DNA of 55,512 nucleotides from a plasmid: sequence record NZ_CP071303.1; one strand, 5' to 3'. Shown piece by piece: positions 49,479 to 55,512 of this stretch (position 1 is its first letter; each line of letters starts with the position of its first letter). The notes under the pieces were generated by a model. It saw only the letters and a program-made list of their open reading frames with translations, ran no database searches and was not told where the DNA came from. The position numbers and the translations under genes were made by a program.

Positions 49479-50922
49479 TTATGTGATGAACCCTGAAAAA
49501 ACAAATGACTTTGAATATGTTTCCGGTCAAAACATTTTAGATATTCACTCAACCTGTGATGAAATGTTAGCGACACGAACAATGGCTATCGCTTTAAAAA
49601 ACAAGTCACGAAAAAATGAAATTTACGGTTATCATTTTGTCCAATCTTTTTCGCCTGATGACCATTTAATGCCTGAACAAGTTCATGAAATTGGTTTAAA
49701 AACCATGAAAGAATATCTCGGAAGTTCTGCGGAGTTTATTATTGCCACTCATACCGATAAGCCACCCCTCCATAATCATATTGTTTTAAATGCAACCAAC
49801 CCCTTGACCTTAAATAAATTTCATCAAAATAAAAATGATTTGGAACGATTGAAAGAAATTTCAGATAAGATTTCTAAAGCATATGGCTGTAAAATTATTG
49901 TCCGTCCTGAACAAAAGTTAGGGAATTCTCACAAAAATTATTTGGTCTATCTTGCTCAAATTTCTTACCGGAAAGAGATTAAAAACAAACTTGAATTTTT
50001 GATGAACCATTCTCATACGTGGGAAGATTTTAAAGAAAAAGCAAGAGCCTTAAATTTAAAAGTGGACGACACAAAAAAATATACCACTTATCTTTTAGAG
50101 GGAAGCGAACAAACCAAAAAAATTAGAGATAGAAGTTTAAAAAATCATAAATTTTTAAAGGGAAATCTCAAAGAACGGATAGAAAAAAACACCATTGGTT
50201 ATTCCGTTGAGGAAGTCGTGAAACTTTGGAATGACAAAGAAAGTATTCAAGAAAAAAATCAAGAAAAAGAAATTTCAATTTTGGTAGAAGATTGGCAAAT
50301 TGAGAAAGAAACTGAAAATTTTTTATACGTAACGATTGATACTGCTTTAGATAAAGAAGCGACAATAAAGATACCTGCACGCTGTGTTGATAAATTAGAA
50401 AACGGACAGTATAAAATATTTATTAAAAAGGGCGACCGCTTTTCGTATATTGATAAAAGAAGTCCGGCAAACCATAAAATCATGTATGGGGCAACCGTTG
50501 CTAAAAATTTACAAAGACAAAGTGGAAATATCCCTCTTTATTCTGACAATGTCAATATCAAACTCAAACAAGTTTTTCATGAGTTCGATTTCTTAATCAG
50601 TCAAGGGCTTGGTTTTGATAGAAGTTTTGAAACCATAGGAGAAGAGTTAAAAGCCACCTATCAAGAAACACAACATCAATTAGACAAGCTAGACACAAAG
50701 ATTTTAGAATACGTGGAAACAACAAAAACCTTGCCTTATGAAGATACCTCTATCAGAGATACCATTAAAAACTTAACAAAAGAACGTGATGATTTGCGAG
50801 ATACTTTATATAAAGTCGATAAAAATATTCAATACTATCAAAAATCAGAACAGCGATTAGAAGCCTATCAAAAAAATCAAAGTCCAAAACACAAAGCACG
50901 TGATGATGATTTTGAAATTTAG
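49405..50922 (+). CDS. Relaxase/mobilisation nuclease domain protein (second relaxase)
   Basis: N-terminal LIDYVMNPEKT and HTDKPPLHNHIVLN His triad; GGAGGG RBS. Confidence 0.8.
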   Translation: MTVIYMPKQSNGTVHSSKDLNQLIDYVMNPEKTNDFEYVSGQNILDIHSTCDEMLATRTMAIALKNKSRKNEIYGYHFVQSFSPDDHLMPEQVHEIGLKTMKEYLGSSAEFIIATHTDKPPLHNHIVLNATNPLTLNKFHQNKNDLERLKEISDKISKAYGCKIIVRPEQKLGNSHKNYLVYLAQISYRKEIKNKLEFLMNHSHTWEDFKEKARALNLKVDDTKKYTTYLLEGSEQTKKIRDRSLKNHKFLKGNLKERIEKNTIGYSVEEVVKLWNDKESIQEKNQEKEISILVEDWQIEKETENFLYVTIDTALDKEATIKIPARCVDKLENGQYKIFIKKGDRFSYIDKRSPANHKIMYGATVAKNLQRQSGNIPLYSDNVNIKLKQVFHEFDFLISQGLGFDRSFETIGEELKATYQETQHQLDKLDTKILEYVETTKTLPYEDTSIRDTIKNLTKERDDLRDTLYKVDKNIQYYQKSEQRLEAYQKNQSPKHKARDDDFEI

Positions 50923-51644
50923 TCCGTTGAAAAATCTGATGAGTAAACCATAAAAAAGTCGGATCTGAAATTTTTGGGCTTTAAAATTTAAGACCGGACT
51001 TCTTTATTTGAGTTTTGAAAAAACTCTATTTTTTACTTTGTAAAAAATAATGTTCCTGTCGTTGAGCAAACCAGCGAAAAAGCACTAAAGAAAGTGAAAA
51101 ATAGATATTTCACTCCCTTTAATGCTTGAATCGTCCTATAAGCTCATATTTTGCCTTTTAAGCCCTTTAAAAAGCATTCTGATATAAATTTTCTGTAATA
51201 TCTGACTGAGACAATATTTTCAGAAATTATCGCAAAATTACTATCAATATTCTTGAGCAGACTCTATAGTGTTGTCCAAAATAATTTTTGACTCTAATAA
51301 ATTGACTTAACGTCATATGTGCAGTAGATAATATATCTGTAGGAAATGCTTTTGTAAAATGTGTTACTTGTCAAGAAGATGGAATCCTCTTAGAATCATT
51401 GAATGTAGAATTAAATCAATATGGAGAAAGGAAATTTCCAGACAAGAAGATTAGTGGGGAAGACAACCCAAGAATAATTGGAAAAGTAGTTGCTGCATTT
51501 ACTCCGATTGAAATTAATAATATATTTTAAAAAAAGAAAATTGGGACTCCTTAGAGTCCCTTTTAATTATTTTATATTATATATTTTGTCTTTTGTTCTT
51601 TTGCGAAAAAAAAATTCTAGTGTTTGCAAGGGATAACAGGATTA

Positions 51645-51721
51645 TAGTCCTACAAAAAACTGTGCATAGTCCTACAAAAAACTGTGTATAGTCCTACAAA
51701 AAACTGTGTATAGTCCTACAA
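51645..51721 (+). repeat. Replication-origin iterons: 22-bp direct repeat TAGTCCTACAAAAAACTGTGYA x3.5
   Basis: Direct reading; immediately upstream of repB, the classic lactococcal theta-replicon layout. Confidence 0.85.
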
Positions 51722-51782
51722 TTTATTTGTATTTGTAGGTGTTTTGTGTTATTATTTATTTAAATCATAAAAGGAGTGGATT

Positions 51783-52937
51783 ATGCAAGAGATAGCCACA
51801 GGAGAAAGAAATAAACAAATACAGGAAATGAGTTCAAGGAAGGTGGCAGAGCATAACGATTTAATTAGCTCAGTTGCAAAAATGGATAAGACACCATTAA
51901 AAATCTTTGAGCTAGCTGTTTCATGTATAGATACTGATGCTCCTCCTAAAGATAATACAGTATTTTTGTCAAAAAAGGAATTATTTACTTTTTTTGATGT
52001 TTCTGATAATGATAAGCATCGTCGTTTTAAAGAAGCAGTTGAAAAAATGCAAGAACAAGCTTTTTTCAGAATAAAGGAGAAAAAGAATAAAGGGTTCAAG
52101 TTTAAACGGATAGTACCTATACCTTATGTTGAGTGGAATGATTATAATGATAAAGTTTTGATACGTTTTGACCAAGCGATTATGCCATATCTAATAGATT
52201 TAAAAAATAATTTTACGCAATATGCCATATCAGATATTATGGAACTGAATAGTAAGTACAGCATTATTTTATATAAATGGTTCTCTATGTCTTATAACCA
52301 ATTTGAGCATTACCAATATAAACCTAATAGAACGAAGAAACAATTAGAAGATTACAAGAGTCCTAAGATAATAATTAGTGACTTGAGAGAATTAACCGAT
52401 ACTGTTGATGACTATAGTAGATTTGATAATTTTGAAAAAAGAGTCATAAAAGATGCAATTAAAGAAATAAATTCTTTTACTCATTTTAATGTTGAATATG
52501 AAAAAATAAAAAAAGGGCGTTCAATCGATTCAATACAATTTCATATAGTTAAAAAAGCAAATTGGAAAGATGAGAACTATAAACGTAATGATGTACAAGC
52601 ACAATTAACTGAAGAGCAAAAACAAGCTCAAAATCAGGTTAATTATGCAGTAGCTGTTGCAAATCCATTTACCATGAAACTTATAAATTCCTCTTTGTTG
52701 TATGCAACCGATATAGCAAACCAGGACACGATTTTAGAGCTTGCTGAGAGTGTTTATCCGTTATATGATAAACTTGTAAAAGAACTTGGAGAAGATGCTT
52801 TAGAAACGCATATGGACTATGTACGAAGAAAGATGGTAGACTATTCAAATGAGAAAAAGAATATCGCCAAGTATTTAAGTATAGCAGCAAAACAATATCT
52901 TAATTCAAGGTTGAGTAAACAGCAAATGAAAGAGTAA
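51783..52937 (+). CDS. repB: Theta-type replication initiator RepB (Rep_3 family)
   Basis: 384 aa downstream of the iterons; lactococcal RepB-like N-terminal domain. Confidence 0.8.
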   Translation: MQEIATGERNKQIQEMSSRKVAEHNDLISSVAKMDKTPLKIFELAVSCIDTDAPPKDNTVFLSKKELFTFFDVSDNDKHRRFKEAVEKMQEQAFFRIKEKKNKGFKFKRIVPIPYVEWNDYNDKVLIRFDQAIMPYLIDLKNNFTQYAISDIMELNSKYSIILYKWFSMSYNQFEHYQYKPNRTKKQLEDYKSPKIIISDLRELTDTVDDYSRFDNFEKRVIKDAIKEINSFTHFNVEYEKIKKGRSIDSIQFHIVKKANWKDENYKRNDVQAQLTEEQKQAQNQVNYAVAVANPFTMKLINSSLLYATDIANQDTILELAESVYPLYDKLVKELGEDALETHMDYVRRKMVDYSNEKKNIAKYLSIAAKQYLNSRLSKQQMKE

Positions 52938-52957
52938 GGAAGAAGTTAATACAAAAG

Positions 52958-52995
52958 AAAGAAAAAGGTCGTGCAAAGGTATGACCTTTTTCTTG
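52958..52995 (+). terminator. Terminator after repB
   Basis: aaaggtc-gtgcaaaggtat-gaccttt followed by a T run. Confidence 0.55.
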
Positions 52996-53082
52996 ACTTT
53001 ATCTTATATAAGTGTTAAGATATAGGTATGACTTAAGTAATACCTATGGAATACTAAAGTAGTCGAAAGAGGAGAATAAGGT

Positions 53083-53892
53083 ATGCAAGTAATTAGTTTT
53101 ATGGCAATTAAAGGTGGTGTAGGAAAGACTACAATGGCTTTCCAATTTGCAAAATATTTGCAAGAAAATAATAAAAGTACATTATTAATTGATTTGGATT
53201 CACAAAAAAGTTTGACTGGTACATTTGAGACAAAAGATTTTAATTTTAAAGATAAACACAATATTTCAGAAATTCTCAGCAATCCCCAAATTGGAATCAT
53301 TGCTACTACGGTTGAAAAAAATATTGATGTAATTCCTTCAACTAGTAATTTAGAAGAAATCGCAGATAACTTGGCAACTAAACCTAATAAAGAATTATTG
53401 TTATTTATGTGGTTTGTAAAAAATTCAAAAGAACTAAATCAAAAATATGATTATATTATTTTAGACTTACCGCCTGCATGGAATTTATTAACCAAAAATG
53501 GTGTGGCAGTTGCGGATAAGGTAATATCACCAATGGAACCAAGTCGTTTTGGATACGAAAGTCATACCAAAGTATTACAAAGCGTTTCAACTTTAAAAAA
53601 TGAAGTTGTTGATCCTGTCAGTGGTAAATCATATGTTAGCGCAAAAATCTATTTTTTAGGAAATAGAGTTAAACACAATACTAATTCATCTAAAGAATTT
53701 TTAGAAGCGTTAAAAAATATAAATGATGTAATTGGAATTGTACCTGAAAAAGAAGCTATTAATACAAGTATGCTTCTTAAAAAGGGAATATTTGATTATT
53801 TAGAAGAGACAGGGCAAACTCATACACAAAATAAATTCATTGCATCATTAAAAAAAGTATTCAACCAAATAGAAACAGAGGGGATAGAGTAA
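53083..53892 (+). CDS. parA: ParA/Soj-family partition ATPase
   Basis: Deviant Walker A AIKGGVGKTT; 269 aa. Confidence 0.85.
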   Translation: MQVISFMAIKGGVGKTTMAFQFAKYLQENNKSTLLIDLDSQKSLTGTFETKDFNFKDKHNISEILSNPQIGIIATTVEKNIDVIPSTSNLEEIADNLATKPNKELLLFMWFVKNSKELNQKYDYIILDLPPAWNLLTKNGVAVADKVISPMEPSRFGYESHTKVLQSVSTLKNEVVDPVSGKSYVSAKIYFLGNRVKHNTNSSKEFLEALKNINDVIGIVPEKEAINTSMLLKKGIFDYLEETGQTHTQNKFIASLKKVFNQIETEGIE

Positions 53893-53893
53893 A

Positions 53894-54118
53894 ATGGCAA
53901 ACAAGTTTGAAGATATGACCTTTGATAATAATGATTATCAAGTAGTAAAAAATATTTCGGAAGATAATAACACAAATTTGGGTTGGGAGAAAAAAATCAA
54001 AACTAGTTTTTCAATAAAAAAAAGTAATTCAGAAAAACTAGATGAATTAGTAAAAAAATTTAATGCTAAATCAAGGTCAGTAATTATTGACATGCTAATT
54101 GAAAAAAGTGAACTATAA
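53894..54118 (+). CDS. Small partition/centromere-binding protein (ParG-like, ribbon-helix-helix)
   Basis: 74 aa immediately after parA; C-terminal RHH-like segment. Confidence 0.5.
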   Translation: MANKFEDMTFDNNDYQVVKNISEDNNTNLGWEKKIKTSFSIKKSNSEKLDELVKKFNAKSRSVIIDMLIEKSEL

Positions 54119-54143
54119 AAAGTATTACTAAAGTAATACTTTT
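54117..54143. repeat. Perfect palindrome AAAAGTATTACTAAAGTAATACTTTT (terminator and/or centromere-like site)
   Basis: The GTATTACT/AGTAATAC motif recurs at 53020..53060 and 54340..54380. Confidence 0.5.
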
Positions 54144-54457
54144 ATCTTTCTAAGGTGCCCCTTTGGTATTTAATTGGTAAGAACATGATAGTATCCCATA
54201 GATTATTCTTTGAATTATGAAGGAGGTTTAAATAGATGATAGTTTAAAAGAGTTAGAAGAATAGTTTATTAATTTAAGTAGGTAGTAAACGAAGAGTAAT
54301 AGCATTTATAATCAAGGATGATGTTAAGAAAAAGGTATTACTTTACGAATACTTTTATCTTGATAAAGTAATACTGCTTTATGGAACACAGGCAAAAAAG
54401 ACTAGCAATTTTGCAACTAGTCTTGTCATAGATCAGATTTTACTTTTTATTTTATAT

Positions 54458-54997
54458 TTAAGAAATATTTATAATCTGTTCAATGGATATAAGATAGATT
54501 TTATCTGTTGATTTTATTCTCACTTGATTATTGATAAATTCTGATACAAAACCATAAATTTCAGTTAATTTATCTTTTGATTGATATTTAACTTTGATTT
54601 GGACTTGATTTGAAAAAGACTGATTAAGAAGATGAAGCACTAGATGATGTGGTAATGTTTGAATTACCTTATCATCTTTTTTTTCTTTTTCAAAACTATT
54701 TTGAGCCTCCGTGAGTTCTCCTGTCGCAAATGCGCCCCATTTCATCATCCCTCTATCGTGATAAGCACGGATGACTTCATAGGGGCTATATGAACGGTCA
54801 ACTGACATCTTTTTCCTCCCTGTCTTGACTTGCTGAATGACCTCCAATGAGTTTGTTCCGATAAATGACACGTGATCCCTCGGATAAACTACTTGCCTTT
54901 TGTATTGATAGAAAATCGAATGTTTCTCTAATCTCATCAATAGCTTTTTGGAGTGATTCTTGCTTTTCATTGGATTGATTTTCTTCAACACTTTCAA
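54458..54997 (-). CDS. YolD-like protein; the core probably starts at Met 54808, with an N-terminal extension of uncertain origin
   Basis: YolD-like signature YHDRGMMKWGAFATGELTEAQ; no umuC-like gene adjacent. Confidence 0.4.
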   Translation of the reverse strand: MKVLKKINPMKSKNHSKKLLMRLEKHSIFYQYKRQVVYPRDHVSFIGTNSLEVIQQVKTGRKKMSVDRSYSPYEVIRAYHDRGMMKWGAFATGELTEAQNSFEKEKKDDKVIQTLPHHLVLHLLNQSFSNQVQIKVKYQSKDKLTEIYGFVSEFINNQVRIKSTDKIYLISIEQIINIS

Positions 54998-55057
54998 ATA
55001 AAGAGAGCTGTTTGATAGAACTGTCAGAAAGTTGATTTCCGCTTATCCCTATTTGTC

Positions 55058-55512
55058 TTATCGCTCCCCCATTGTGTGCAATTGGAGGAGATGATACCTA
55101 CCGTTTGCTTCCATACTTATTTGAAAATGATAAATTAAGAAAAGTGGCAAAGCAAAAAGTTTTTTAGGATTTTTAGATATAACTATGAATCATTTTATGC
55201 TTAATAAAATTGGCATCCCTTCTTATTATGGACAGGCGTTTATACCAGATATATGTGAACTATTAAAAGAGATGCTTCCTTATACAAAGCTGTATTTTGA
55301 AGAATTACTAAACAAACAAAGGATACAAAATGTACAGCCGAGTAGTGAATGGTATGAAGAGCGACTTGATTACAGTAAAAAGTCTTTAGGAGTTGCATTA
55401 AAAAAACATATCAATCATGGTTTTGAGTTACTTAGAGGTGCTTCAGAATTTGAAGGTAAAATATTGGGAGGATGTTTAGAATCTATATTTGATATTTTTG
55501 ATAATTCAAGAT
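55058..55512 (+). pseudogene. Degenerate 5' part of the S66 LD-carboxypeptidase-like gene (wraps to 1..374)
   Basis: One frame reads ...IAPPLCAIGGDDTYRLLPYLFENDKLRKVAKQKVF* (LdcA-like G-G-x-G...RLLPYL) then stops. A second frame from ATG 55185 reads ...GKILGGCLE... and runs in frame into the window start. Confidence 0.45.

Overview
The window reads as one complete circular plasmid of about 55.5 kb, of the Lactococcus lactis type. A degenerate S66 LD-carboxypeptidase-like gene runs in frame from the last bases of the window into the first bases, which implies that the two ends join. The backbone is a lactococcal theta replicon: 22-bp iterons x3.5 followed by repB, a parA/RHH partition pair, a serine resolvase with a res-like palindrome, and two mobilisation modules (mobC-mobA-mobB plus a second mobC-relaxase), each with a candidate oriT inverted repeat. 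The cargo is a patchwork joined by five intact IS6-family elements (ISS1-like 808 bp and IS1216-like 809 bp), several solitary IS6 inverted-repeat scars, one IS982 plus a fragment, split IS981-like halves and a broken IS5-family transposase. Five cargo modules stand out. (1) An 18-gene exopolysaccharide cluster of the pNZ4000 epsRXABCD type, followed by a variable set of glycosyltransferases, wzy, wzx, an acetyltransferase, UDP-glucose dehydrogenase, an epsL-like gene and a divergent LCP-family gene. (2) An IS6-bounded unit carrying a vanZ-like gene, the resolvase and a CopB-type (CPH motif, His/Met-rich N-terminus) copper ATPase behind a perfect cop box, with no copR on the plasmid. (3) A rearranged Enterococcus-type maltose module: malP, pgmB, an IR scar, PTS malT, mapP, IS5 debris and malM, with a LacI/MalR-type operator but no malR. 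(4) tet(S), the tetracycline ribosomal-protection gene, with its leader attenuator, bracketed by an IS1216 fragment and a complete IS1216. (5) A MerR-controlled P1B-4 (SPC/HEGxT) heavy-metal ATPase operon that continues, translationally coupled, into a gene built of eight near-identical 48-bp repeats (16-aa acidic repeat ITENIPEQIQNVAGG), next to a second minisatellite ORF cut off by an IS. Smaller items are a Hol-Tox/Fst-like 33-aa type I toxin candidate with a convergent antisense terminator, a class III Fic protein (C-terminal SxxxEG) beside the mob genes, an orphan lipoprotein island between IS982 ends, a CHAP-domain remnant and a YolD-like orphan. All calls rest on reading the sequence, motifs and synteny by eye; no database search was run.
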